From Nitrospirota bacterium (GTDB lineage Bacteria > Nitrospirota > UBA9217): 64,000 nt of DNA. The notes beneath the pieces were generated by a model, which worked only from the letters and a program-made list of their open reading frames with translations, searched no databases and was not told where the DNA came from. Made by a program: the position numbers and the translations under genes. The stretch is taken from the NCBI GenBank assembly GCA_963737155.1, contig CAVTRN010000001.1, positions 672,001 to 736,000 of the forward strand. Reading direction: 5' to 3'. Below, piece by piece: positions 1-9,738 of the stretch; position 1 is the stretch's first letter; each line of letters opens with the position of its first letter.

Positions 1-1098
1 CTCGATGATCTTGTTCACATGCTCGACATTGGCCGGGCAGATATCCTGGCAGGCGCGGCATGTGGTGCAGGACCAGAGGGCTTCCTGGCCAATAGTTTCT
101 ATCAGTCCGGAGTCTGGAGAGCTCTCGGCGATCTCGCCCACCTGTTTGATCAGTTTCATGGGGGAGAGCGGTTTTCCGGTGGCTGTGGCGGGACAACGGT
201 CCTGGCAACGCTTACAACCCATGCAAGCGTCGGCATCGAAAATATCCTTCCAAGTCAGATCGGTGATCTTTGCGGCCCCGAACTGGTCAACTTCTTCTTG
301 AATTAGGTTTATGGTAGCGATTGATCCCTTCGGTTCTAACGGCGCAAAAAAAGCGTTGGCACTGGTAGTGACGATGTGTCGCAGTTTGGTGTAGGGGATG
401 GCGCAAATCAAACCAAGAACTAGGACGAAGTGGCCCCACCAGAGGATTTTGTGCGTGATCAGGATCGACGGGAGATCAAATCCGTTAAACAACCGTGCGA
501 CGACATAGCCGACAGGAGAAAAGAAAGCCAAGGCATGGTTCTGGTGGAGTTCGGTGGCAGCTATCCGCGCACCTTCGATCAGAAATCCGGTGCTCAGTAT
601 GGCAAGGAGAAGTTGATGGATGAGGTAATGCTGGCCAGTGGTTTCAAGCCCTTCGGGCTTCTTGATGAACCGTCTGTAGAAGAGCCCCCCCAGCATTAAC
701 AGCGCAACCAGCCCAGCCAGATCCAATACCAGCTTGTACCCCATATAGAACGCGCCGGAAAGAATATTGACCTTCATGATCGGCGTAAAGAAATCGACTT
801 GGAGCATCACTACCAGAGTGCCGACGAAGAGGGTGAGGAATCCCCAGAAGAATAGGGAGTGGAAAAGGCCACCATCTCTTACCCTGACAACCTTTTTCTG
901 GCCGAGCGCCTCGGCGATAAGCAACTTAAAGCGCTCCTTGAGATGGTCGAAACGATTGAGTGACTTACCCAACTGATAGAGTGACAGACGCTTCCAGAAT
1001 CCCCATACGCAGAAGGCAATTGCTAGGAACGATAAGAGGTACATGGGCCAAACGGCCCCGTGCCCGACATTCCAGAATATTTCTCTGGTCGCTTCCAT
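1..1098 (-). CDS. Membrane-bound Fe-S oxidoreductase (HdrF/FadF/DUF224-like), runs off the left edge
   Basis: Manual translation: MEATREIFWNVGHG..., multiple hydrophobic helices, then two ferredoxin motifs CMGCKRCQDRCP and CTTCRACQDICP; the frame is open to position 1. Confidence 0.85.
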   Translation of the reverse strand, partial: MEATREIFWNVGHGAVWPMYLLSFLAIAFCVWGFWKRLSLYQLGKSLNRFDHLKERFKLLIAEALGQKKVVRVRDGGLFHSLFFWGFLTLFVGTLVVMLQVDFFTPIMKVNILSGAFYMGYKLVLDLAGLVALLMLGGLFYRRFIKKPEGLETTGQHYLIHQLLLAILSTGFLIEGARIAATELHQNHALAFFSPVGYVVARLFNGFDLPSILITHKILWWGHFVLVLGLICAIPYTKLRHIVTTSANAFFAPLEPKGSIATINLIQEEVDQFGAAKITDLTWKDIFDADACMGCKRCQDRCPATATGKPLSPMKLIKQVGEIAESSPDSGLIETIGQEALWSCTTCRACQDICPANVEHVNKIIE

Positions 1099-1176
1099 AG
1101 TCTGACTTCTATTCATCAGCAATTTTCGGATAAGGTACGACCGTCACAGCAATTCTTCATAGTGCCTTCCGACTCT

Positions 1177-1839
1177 TTATCCTAGGGGCAATGCATCACT
1201 GGCGATAGGAAGCTTAGTTGCCGGTTCACCGATGAATACGCTTTTATCTTCTATAGTTTCGAGTATAATCGCTCCTGCACCAATCACGCATTCTTTTCCG
1301 ATTGATACTTTATTCCTTATCGTTGCGTTTGCACCTAAGTAGGAACCCGAGCCGATATCCACGCTTCCCGCAACAGATACCCCGGGCGAAAAGAAACAAT
1401 GATCGCCGATGGTAACATCGTGAGCTATCATACAACCATTTGCTATAATTACATTGCTCCCAATCTTTGCGTCAGGAGAAACTACAGTATAATGACCAAT
1501 AATACAGTTATCTCCAATTGCGGTTTCAGGCTGTATAATTGAATGAGGGCTTATAAAATTTATCAAATTATAACCCATTTCTTTTGATCGAAAGTACCTC
1601 TCTTTCCTTATTTTGTTATTATGCACGTAACCAACTGCTATCAACATTCTATGCCCATCCGGCGGGAATGCAGATTCAACAGTATCAAACGGTAAAATGG
1701 GCAGATTACAAAGACTGTCGGATTCCAAATATTCTCTGTCTACGGTAAAACCCACTACCTCGTAATGAGAATAATTTTTAAGGTAAAAAAAGGATTCTCG
1801 AGCCATAGATTTATTTCCATAAATTACAACTTTTTCCAT
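1177..1839 (-). CDS. NeuD/PglD-type left-handed beta-helix sugar acyltransferase (copy 2)
   Basis: N-terminal Rossmann-like VVIYG, IAVGY...R motif, hexapeptide repeats, candidate catalytic His in IAHD; start MEKVV after GAGAGGAG RBS. Confidence 0.9.
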   Translation of the reverse strand: MEKVVIYGNKSMARESFFYLKNYSHYEVVGFTVDREYLESDSLCNLPILPFDTVESAFPPDGHRMLIAVGYVHNNKIRKERYFRSKEMGYNLINFISPHSIIQPETAIGDNCIIGHYTVVSPDAKIGSNVIIANGCMIAHDVTIGDHCFFSPGVSVAGSVDIGSGSYLGANATIRNKVSIGKECVIGAGAIILETIEDKSVFIGEPATKLPIASDALPLG

Positions 1840-1904
1840 GTACAATTCTCCTCTCGAAGTCCGTGTCAAATACCGCCGTCCGGTTCTGCGTAATTAATCA
1901 GAAA

Positions 1905-4505
1905 TTAAGAAGAGGTATCTATTATCTTGTAAACATTTTCCAAATCAACCTTTTCTTTCTTTGCATTTATAAATTCGGCCTTATGAGCTTTAGCTTTTTC
2001 GATTAACAAAGCTAACTTTGACACCGTCCGTTCTTGAAAAATTACACTTAAAGGGATTTTTATTTTGAAAGTCTGATTGATTTTTGCTATTAAATTTGCA
2101 CTACTAAGTAAATTACCACCTAACTCAAAAAAATCATCGTTTACGCCAATTATTTCTAATTGAAGCACTGTCTGCCAGATGTTAGTGACTGTGCGCTCTA
2201 TCTCCATTCGTACCGCTAAATGAGCGGTTTCTAATTCCGGCCGGAGGTCATCAGGCAACGGTAGGGAAAGGCGGTCTATCTTACCACTTCGTGTCAAAGG
2301 AAACTTCTCCAATATCACGAAAGCATTCGGCACCATGTTCTCCGGTATCTTCATTCTCAAATAATCACGCAATGCGCTCAAGGAGGGAATCTCTCCATCA
2401 TTCAGAACTAGATAAACCACTAACTGCTTGTCTCCATTAGCATCTCCTGTGACTACCGCAACCCCCTTCCGAACGTTTGGATACTGGTCAAGCATCTCCT
2501 CGATCCGCCGAATATTCTCGCTTGTACCCGTAACTTCTGTCAAAAAATCGGCCAAATCGGAAATGGTAGAGCATTCAAACAGGGTCTGGATTGGTAGATC
2601 AAGATTGTAGACATCCCGGATATGCGACACAGCCTTAATCGCCAGTAATGAATGCCCACCCAAATCAAAAAAACTGTCGTTGATCCCGATATTCTCTACT
2701 TTTAGCAATTCGGTCCAAATGGCAGCGAGGGCCTTTTCGGTTTCCGTGTGTGGCCTGACGAAATCGTGGGAGGCTGCGAGATTATCGGAAGTGGGCGCCG
2801 GCAGAGATTTTCGATCAATCTTTCCGTTCGATGTGAGCGGCAGCCGGTCCAGCCTGATAAAATAGGGGGGGAGCATGTAAGCGGGCAATTCCTGGGCGAG
2901 GTGGGCGCGCAGCTCCGCCGCGTTCAACGACTTCTCGCTCACATAATATGCGACCAGCCTATTGATACTCATCTCACCAGTTTTCGACGGCTCAGCGCTG
3001 TCCGCCATTTGTTTGCTGTCCCAGCCAACTACATCGACTACACACTCGCGAACGTCGGCGTGTTTCAGGAGACGGGCCTCGATCTCCCCCAGCTCAATGC
3101 GTACGCCGCCAACTTTCACCTGATTATCAACGCGTCCCAGGAATTCCATGCTTCCCTTGGCGTTCCATCGAGCGAGATCTCCAGTCTTGTAGAGGCGCAA
3201 CAACGCTGACCCAATGACTGATGATTTTGCTGCCGGCAAATTTTGTCTCGGGTCCTTCGCCGTTACGAATTTCTCCTCGGTGAGCTCTGGCCGATTGACG
3301 TAGCCGCGGGCCAATCCATCCCCTGCTATGCACATCTCGCCTATGTCGCCAATGGGCACAGGGTTGAGGTTCTCGTCGAGAATAAAGATGCAGGTATTGG
3401 CAGCAGGATTTCCAATGGGGACCGAAGGGGCGAGATCGTTCTCTCTATCATAACGGTGAATCATGCAACCGACGGTGGCCTCCGTGGGGCCGTACTCGTT
3501 GTATATCTCCACCGGGTAGCCGGCGTTGCGAGTGATATCGCTTGCCAGCTCAGTCTTGAAATCCTCGCCGCCGACGATGAACTTGCGAATCTTGGTGGCA
3601 CTCGAGACCATCCCTTTTATCATGGCAAGGTGAGCTGGCGTCAGCTTCACGATGTCAGCCACGTTGTCCTCAATAACTTTGAAAATCACCGTGCCGTGCA
3701 CACCCGGGTCTTCATGATAGACGACAATGCGGCCACCGGAAATAAGGGGCGTGAATATCGATGTTACCGTGAGATCAAATGCAAGAGAGGAAAACAATGG
3801 CCAGGTCAGCCGTTCACCCCTGCAGTACTTCTCGTTCGCCCACCAGATGTAATTCACCAAGCTACGGTGCTCGATCATAACGCCCTTGGGCGTGCCTGTG
3901 GAGCCGGAAGTGTAGATAACGTAGGCGAGATTGTTTGGGGACACGGGAAACCGTGGATTTGTGACCGGATATTGCCCGATCGAAGCGAAGTCGGCATCCA
4001 ACGTTATCACTCGCGCTATGCCGTCCGGAAGGTCCCTCGCAAAACTCGATTGGGTCACCAACACGGGCATAGTTCCCGCAAGTCCTTTTGCAATATCCTG
4101 CAATATGAAGACAAGGCGCTCTTTCGGGGTGTTAATATCAATAGGCACATATGCAGCACCAGCCTTAAGCACTCCGAGCATTGAGCAAACAACCTCGATT
4201 GAGTTTCCCATGTACAGGGCGACGAGTTGATCCGCATCGGTGCCGAGTGTGCGGAGTTTCACTGCCATCTGATTCGCGCGGTCGTTCAGCTCACGATACG
4301 TCAACCCTTGATCGCCAGAATGGATGGCCTCATCCTCTGGCGTGCGCTCTACCTGGGCTTCAAAGAGTTCAACTATTGTTTTGTCTGCGGGATATGGCGC
4401 CGCAGACTTGTTGTATTCGATAACCAGCGACTGATACCCGCGCTCCAACTGAGGGGCTAACGAATCGATGGGCCGATCGATCACGTAGTCTTTTTCATTG
4501 CTCAT
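1905..4505 (-). CDS. NRPS-like protein: A(Asn code)-PCP-orphan A C-terminal subdomain-PCP lacking the attachment Ser
   Basis: YTSGSTGTPKG, YGPTE, YKTGD, NGKIDR motifs; first carrier LGGHSL; then IRRIEEML...GKIDRLSLP and a carrier with LGGNLL. Confidence 0.9.
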   Translation of the reverse strand: MSNEKDYVIDRPIDSLAPQLERGYQSLVIEYNKSAAPYPADKTIVELFEAQVERTPEDEAIHSGDQGLTYRELNDRANQMAVKLRTLGTDADQLVALYMGNSIEVVCSMLGVLKAGAAYVPIDINTPKERLVFILQDIAKGLAGTMPVLVTQSSFARDLPDGIARVITLDADFASIGQYPVTNPRFPVSPNNLAYVIYTSGSTGTPKGVMIEHRSLVNYIWWANEKYCRGERLTWPLFSSLAFDLTVTSIFTPLISGGRIVVYHEDPGVHGTVIFKVIEDNVADIVKLTPAHLAMIKGMVSSATKIRKFIVGGEDFKTELASDITRNAGYPVEIYNEYGPTEATVGCMIHRYDRENDLAPSVPIGNPAANTCIFILDENLNPVPIGDIGEMCIAGDGLARGYVNRPELTEEKFVTAKDPRQNLPAAKSSVIGSALLRLYKTGDLARWNAKGSMEFLGRVDNQVKVGGVRIELGEIEARLLKHADVRECVVDVVGWDSKQMADSAEPSKTGEMSINRLVAYYVSEKSLNAAELRAHLAQELPAYMLPPYFIRLDRLPLTSNGKIDRKSLPAPTSDNLAASHDFVRPHTETEKALAAIWTELLKVENIGINDSFFDLGGHSLLAIKAVSHIRDVYNLDLPIQTLFECSTISDLADFLTEVTGTSENIRRIEEMLDQYPNVRKGVAVVTGDANGDKQLVVYLVLNDGEIPSLSALRDYLRMKIPENMVPNAFVILEKFPLTRSGKIDRLSLPLPDDLRPELETAHLAVRMEIERTVTNIWQTVLQLEIIGVNDDFFELGGNLLSSANLIAKINQTFKIKIPLSVIFQERTVSKLALLIEKAKAHKAEFINAKKEKVDLENVYKIIDTSS

Positions 4506-4510
4506 ATGCT
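2632..4510. repeat. Near-identical 1.88-kb direct repeat, copy 1 (A domain plus start of PCP)
   Basis: Matches 13113..14991 at offset 10481 with about seven substitutions seen by eye. Confidence 0.97.
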
Positions 4511-4704
4511 ATTCTCATCTATTTCTTTATTTATCTGTGTAGCTGGATTGAGAGAAGAGTGCACAACTGACATATCACCTTGAGCCTTATTATATTATGA
4601 AGAAAAATACACCTAAACCCGTCTATCTGCCTACGATTCTTGAGCGTACTTTAGCGGGTTTTGGTTGATAAAGTTTCGCGTTCGATAAAAATCATTTCTT
4701 GAAT

Positions 4705-5505
4705 TCAAGTTATCCCCCATCGCCAGCACTTTAATTCTAATAAATTGCTATTTACAGCAAAAGCGCCTATATAATTAATGGCAGGCTTCAAACTTTGAAT
4801 CGACCATCGGGAAGCCTTTCTTGCGTCGCCTTCAGTTCCGATTAGCTCAGATGATTCCCCCGGGATCAATGATACATCAAATTTGTCTAGGGGCCGAGAC
4901 AAGCCTTCTCCGAGTGCTTTTACAATAGCCTCCTTGCAAGTCCAGCCTTTAAAGAAAGCTTCTCTCTTCTGGCTCTGAGGAAGCGCACGAAAAGCCTCTT
5001 TTTCTTTAATAGAAAAGAAACGTTCAACAATCTGTTCCATCTCAGACATGTCATGAACGTATTCAATGTCCACACCTATTTCATGGTTTCGAGCGAAGGC
5101 AAAAAGGGCAGCTCCATTTGAATGGGAAAGGTTAAAATGAATAGTGCGTCTCACGAATGGCCCTGCAATCTCAGGCTTTCCGTTTTCCCCCTGATTAAAC
5201 CGCAATTTGTCTGCTTGAACGCTCAGGTAACGTCCCAGAATCGTTCTCAGAATGCCATGTCTGGAGATGAACCACTTCCTGTCTTTCTGAAAATAAAACC
5301 GGTCAGCCCTCATTCTTTCATCAATGGAGAGTGTCTGCATAAACCTGTGCAATTCGGCGTCTGTTTGATCAAGGACAACAAACCAAATGTGGATTTCGTC
5401 ATCTGTCAATTTTAAGTCCAGAGGCGGAATTTCAAACGGAGGACAAAGATTTGTTAAATATTCGACTTCGGCGCTGGAATGTGTGTGTCCGATTTCAATG
5501 ACCAT
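4705..5505 (-). CDS. Sfp-type 4'-phosphopantetheinyl transferase
   Basis: GKP, FNLSHS, IGVDIE and WTCKEAIVKALGEG motifs; start uncertain (the ORF is open to 5661). Confidence 0.92.
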   Translation of the reverse strand: MVIEIGHTHSSAEVEYLTNLCPPFEIPPLDLKLTDDEIHIWFVVLDQTDAELHRFMQTLSIDERMRADRFYFQKDRKWFISRHGILRTILGRYLSVQADKLRFNQGENGKPEIAGPFVRRTIHFNLSHSNGAALFAFARNHEIGVDIEYVHDMSEMEQIVERFFSIKEKEAFRALPQSQKREAFFKGWTCKEAIVKALGEGLSRPLDKFDVSLIPGESSELIGTEGDARKASRWSIQSLKPAINYIGAFAVNSNLLELKCWRWGIT

Positions 5506-5879
5506 AATTTTCACGATTTCAGCAATGCAGAACTTACACTTTTTGTTTTGCCCCTGTGCGATCCGTGACTCCCGAAGTTCGGTAACTTCGAGTCTTTGAG
5601 CTCTCGTCCGCACTTTCCGGTCTAAACGCTTGGCGTTGGGGCTAGCCAAAACTTGGTTCACCAGATTCTTTATGATGAAAGCTCAGAATAATCTCGCAGA
5701 CGGTTTCAACATTGGATAAGATAGACTACCGTAAATCAATAGTGGCGATTTGCAATCCGCTTTTATGACACTGCAATAACATTTTCTTCATGGCCGAGCC
5801 TCCTATTACCTTAGAGGTCAATCCGTTGAAATCGTTCAGGAGACTTTTTTATGGAGAACAGCGGTGAAACGACCACTTC

Positions 5880-6542
5880 TCATCCAAGGGGTAATTCATC
5901 GCTGAAAATATCAAGCTTAGTTGCCGGTTCACCAAGATATACGCTTCTATCTTCTATATTTTCAAGTATAATCGCTCCTGCACCGATAACGCATTCTTTC
6001 CCCAGCGATACCCTATTCCTTATTGTTGCATTTGTACCTAAGAAGCAACCTGACCCGACATTCACGCTTCCCGAGACAGACACGCTATTTGAAAAAAAGC
6101 AATGGTCGCCAATAACGACGTCGTGCGCTATCGCACAATTATTTCCGATAATTACATTATTCCCAATTTTAGCATCCGGCCCAATTACAGAGTAATGGCT
6201 GATAGTACAGTTATCCCCAATTTCTGTTCCGGGATGTACAATTGAATGAGGGCTTATATAATTTACCAGCGAATAGCCCATTTCCTTTGCCCGCAGGTAC
6301 CTATCTTTTCTTATATTGTTGTTCTGCACATAACCGACTGCTATCAACATTTTATGCCTGTTCGGCGGGTATACAGTTTCGATAACATCAAAAGGGATGA
6401 CGGGCAGTTGAAAAAGACTGTCCGATTCCAAATACTCTCTGTCTACGGTAAAACCGACGATCTTATAATCGGAATGTTGCTTTAGACCAAGGTAGATTTC
6501 TCGAGCCATAGATTTATTTCCAAAAATTATCACGTTCTCCAC
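5880..6542 (-). CDS. NeuD/PglD-type left-handed beta-helix sugar acyltransferase (copy 1)
   Basis: Paralog of 1177..1839; IAVGY, IAHD, hexapeptide repeats. Confidence 0.9.
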   Translation of the reverse strand: MENVIIFGNKSMAREIYLGLKQHSDYKIVGFTVDREYLESDSLFQLPVIPFDVIETVYPPNRHKMLIAVGYVQNNNIRKDRYLRAKEMGYSLVNYISPHSIVHPGTEIGDNCTISHYSVIGPDAKIGNNVIIGNNCAIAHDVVIGDHCFFSNSVSVSGSVNVGSGCFLGTNATIRNRVSLGKECVIGAGAIILENIEDRSVYLGEPATKLDIFSDELPLG

Positions 6543-6618
6543 GATTCAGCCATCCTTTCGAACTCACTGTCAAACACAGATCTTCGATGCTGTGCAATAA
6601 ATCAGCGATTAAGATAAT

Positions 6619-9600
6619 CTATCCTATCAAGTTAATAGCTTTTTTCAGGTCAGTCCTTTTTTTCTGCAAATTTATCAATTCCGCGTTAGGAATTTTGGAT
6701 TTTTCGACCAAATGAGCTAACTTCGCCACTGTTCGTTCTTGAAAGATTACCTTCATCGGTATATTGACATTGAAAGAATGATTAATCTTTGCTATTAAAT
6801 TCACGCTGCTAAGTGAACTCCCGCCTAAATCAAAAAAATTATCGTTTATGCCTATTTTTTCTAAATGAAGAACCTCCTGCCAGATGGCAGTAATTGTGTT
6901 CTCTATCTCCGTCCGTGAAGCGACGCAGACGGATTCTAATTCGGGGATGATACTCGTCGATACAGGTCCTGCCGCCACCCCTGGAGCAACAAAGACGGGT
7001 CCTAATTCGGAACAAATGCTCGTAGAATCAGGTAGAGCTTGGCGATCTACCTTGCCATTATTGCCAACTGACTCAATAAAAAAGCGCTTCCGCTCAAAGG
7101 GGTAGGTCGGCAAAGGGAGCCGATGGCGTCCCTCATCCGCATAAAATCCCGACCAGTCTATCTGAACTCCGGCGAGCCAGATCCGGCCAAGGGCGTTCAA
7201 AATAAAAGCCGAGTCGGATGTTACGTCTTTTGGATGATGGGTCGAGGCGAGCACAATGTGATCTTTCGTTTTGTTTTGCTGCAGATTTGCCAGCACCATG
7301 AATGTTTGACCCGGCCCAACCTCCAGGAGCACTCGATTGGGTTCTTTCATTAATTCATGCAAACAGTCAGAAAATCGCACGGTAGAGCGCATGTGCCTGG
7401 CCCAATAACCTGGGTCCACAGCTTCACCGGGTGTAATCCAGGTGCCGGTAACATTCGATAAAAAGGGAATTCGGGGCGGCTTTGGGCTGGCCTGTTTTAC
7501 TTTTTCACTAAATACCGATAAAATCGGTTCCATCATTTCCGAATGAAAGGCATGGGAAGTTTTCAAATATTGACAAGCAAGATTCCTAGCCATTAGCTGT
7601 TTTTTTAGATCTTCCAAAGGCTCTTTTTCACCGGAGACAACGCAAAGTGAAGGCCCATTGATGACGGCCAAGGAGAGTTTGCTGCCCAAATATGGCTGTA
7701 TCTCTTTCTCCGAAAGAGGGACGACAAGCATGGAACCGCCGGGAAGATCCTGGATGAGCCGGCCTCTCGCAGCTACAAGCGTCAGGGCATCCTTCAGGGA
7801 AAAAACCCCGGCCAGACAGGCAGCAACATATTCTCCGATGCTGTGCCCTACTAATGCTGCCGGCGTCACTCCCCACGACATCCACAATTTTGCAAGAGCA
7901 TATTCAATGGCGAACAAGGCGGGTTGGGTAATATAGGTTTGCATAAGCAACTGCCCTGACTTTTCCAGGCTATTCTCATTTGGATATAAAACATCTCGTA
8001 AATCGAAGGAAAGATAGGGGTGAAGAATATCTGAGCATTGATCGATCTGTTCTCGAAATACTAATTCTGTTTTATAAAGTTCCAGCCCCATGTTTACGTA
8101 TTGCGATCCTTGGCCGGAAAACATGAAGACGACATCCCGCTTGACAGGTTCCTGAAAGGATGTCAATACCCTCTCCGTATTTAGAGTTTCGAGGACAACG
8201 ACGGCATCGTGGATGTCTCGGCAAACAGCCATTCGACGATGATTGAAAACCTTCCGTTCCTTCTGAAGGGTGTACACAACATCTGCGAAGTCCACTTCAG
8301 GATGCTGCTTCAGGTGCTGAACAAGATTCTTCGTCACATTTTCTAAAGCGTTATTTGTCTTGGCCGAAAGAAGCAGCAGTTTCCATGGCCTGGATTTGCC
8401 CGAAGCCTCGATAACAGGAGCTTCCTCCACAATGACGTGCGCATTGGTGCCGCCTATCCCGAACGAACTGACACCCGCCCGCCGGGGAAACGCATCCGTC
8501 TTCCATTCTGAAAGCTGAGTATTGACATAGAAGGGACTCTGCGCGAAATCAATTTGAGGGTTCGGCTTTTCAAAGTGCAGGCTTGGGGGGATGCACCTGT
8601 TTTTGAGCATGAGGACGGTCTTGATCAATCCCGCTATCCCCGCAGCATTATCAGTATGGCCGATATTCGTTTTTACCGAGCCGATGGCGCAAAACCCTTT
8701 CTTTTGGGTGCCCGCTCGAAATGCCTGAGTAAGAGCGGCAATCTCAATGGGATCGCCCATGGCGGTGGCAGTCCCATGAGTTTCGATATAGGTGATAGAC
8801 TCGGGTTTGACCTCGGCCATCATTTGGGCCGTTCTGATGACCTTTGCCTGACCTTCGACAGAAGGCGCCGTGAAGCCAACCTTGAAAGAACCATCGTTAT
8901 TCAGTGCCGCACCTTTGATGACTGCATGAATGCAGTCTCCGTCGGCAAGCGCTTCTTCCAGCCTCTTTAAAACGACTATCCCCACGGCATTGCTAAAAAC
9001 GGTCCCCTGCGCGCTGGCGTCAAAGGCTTTGCAGTGCCCATCGGGAGAAAAAATCGCTCCATCCTGGTAAAGATACCCTACTTTTTTCGGAAAACTTATT
9101 GAGCTGGCGCCGGCCAAAGCCATATCACATTCCCCGCTCAGCAGGCTTTGACAGGCTTGACAAACAGCCACAAGAGACGTGGAACAGGCGGTTTGAACCA
9201 CAACGCTTGGCCCTCTCAGGTTCATTTTATAGGAGACACGGGTGGTCACAAAATCTTTATCATTGCCGATCATCATTTGGACCGAACCCACTGATTCCAT
9301 AAGGGCACGGTTTGGATAAAGATTATTCAAATAATAATTGTTCATGCCCACCCCCCCCCAAACGCCGATGAGGCCCTCATACCGTTCGGGGTTGTACCCG
9401 GCACTTTCCAATGCTTCCCAGGCGCACTCCAGGAAATGCCGGTGCTGTGGGTCCATGGTCTCTGCTTCCAGGGGAGTAAAGCCAAAGAAGGAGGCGTCAA
9501 ACAACTCTGTATCTTCCAATATCCCCTTGGCTTTTACATAATTGGGATCATGCAATAAAACAGGATCTATTCCAGAAGATTCCAATTCCTCAGCCGTGAA

Positions 9601-9738
9601 AAAAGAAATGGATTCCACGCCGTCGCGCAAATTTCTCCAATATTCATCGACGTTTTTGGCGCCGGGAAAACGGCCAGACATCCCGATAATGGCTATTTCC
9701 GAGCCATTCCTAGAGCTAGATGAAGAAGCGTTACTCAT
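6619..9738 (-). CDS. Type I PKS module KS-AT-carrier
   Basis: KS TACSTSLVA, HGTAT, NIGH; AT GHSIG and HAFH (malonyl-type); carrier LGGSSL. No KR, DH, ER or TE domain. Confidence 0.95.
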   Translation of the reverse strand: MSNASSSSSRNGSEIAIIGMSGRFPGAKNVDEYWRNLRDGVESISFFTAEELESSGIDPVLLHDPNYVKAKGILEDTELFDASFFGFTPLEAETMDPQHRHFLECAWEALESAGYNPERYEGLIGVWGGVGMNNYYLNNLYPNRALMESVGSVQMMIGNDKDFVTTRVSYKMNLRGPSVVVQTACSTSLVAVCQACQSLLSGECDMALAGASSISFPKKVGYLYQDGAIFSPDGHCKAFDASAQGTVFSNAVGIVVLKRLEEALADGDCIHAVIKGAALNNDGSFKVGFTAPSVEGQAKVIRTAQMMAEVKPESITYIETHGTATAMGDPIEIAALTQAFRAGTQKKGFCAIGSVKTNIGHTDNAAGIAGLIKTVLMLKNRCIPPSLHFEKPNPQIDFAQSPFYVNTQLSEWKTDAFPRRAGVSSFGIGGTNAHVIVEEAPVIEASGKSRPWKLLLLSAKTNNALENVTKNLVQHLKQHPEVDFADVVYTLQKERKVFNHRRMAVCRDIHDAVVVLETLNTERVLTSFQEPVKRDVVFMFSGQGSQYVNMGLELYKTELVFREQIDQCSDILHPYLSFDLRDVLYPNENSLEKSGQLLMQTYITQPALFAIEYALAKLWMSWGVTPAALVGHSIGEYVAACLAGVFSLKDALTLVAARGRLIQDLPGGSMLVVPLSEKEIQPYLGSKLSLAVINGPSLCVVSGEKEPLEDLKKQLMARNLACQYLKTSHAFHSEMMEPILSVFSEKVKQASPKPPRIPFLSNVTGTWITPGEAVDPGYWARHMRSTVRFSDCLHELMKEPNRVLLEVGPGQTFMVLANLQQNKTKDHIVLASTHHPKDVTSDSAFILNALGRIWLAGVQIDWSGFYADEGRHRLPLPTYPFERKRFFIESVGNNGKVDRQALPDSTSICSELGPVFVAPGVAAGPVSTSIIPELESVCVASRTEIENTITAIWQEVLHLEKIGINDNFFDLGGSSLSSVNLIAKINHSFNVNIPMKVIFQERTVAKLAHLVEKSKIPNAELINLQKKRTDLKKAINLIG

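Noticed and set aside
1868-1878. GGCGGTATTTG on the minus strand resembling an RfaH ops site
   Set aside because: It does not match GGCGGTAGnnTG, sits at the far end of the operon and is absent from the paralogous spacer at 6545..6618.
2632-4510. 1.88-kb repeat as a pure assembly artefact
   Set aside because: The copies differ at several mostly silent positions and each joins in frame to distinct downstream sequence. Not fully excluded without reads.
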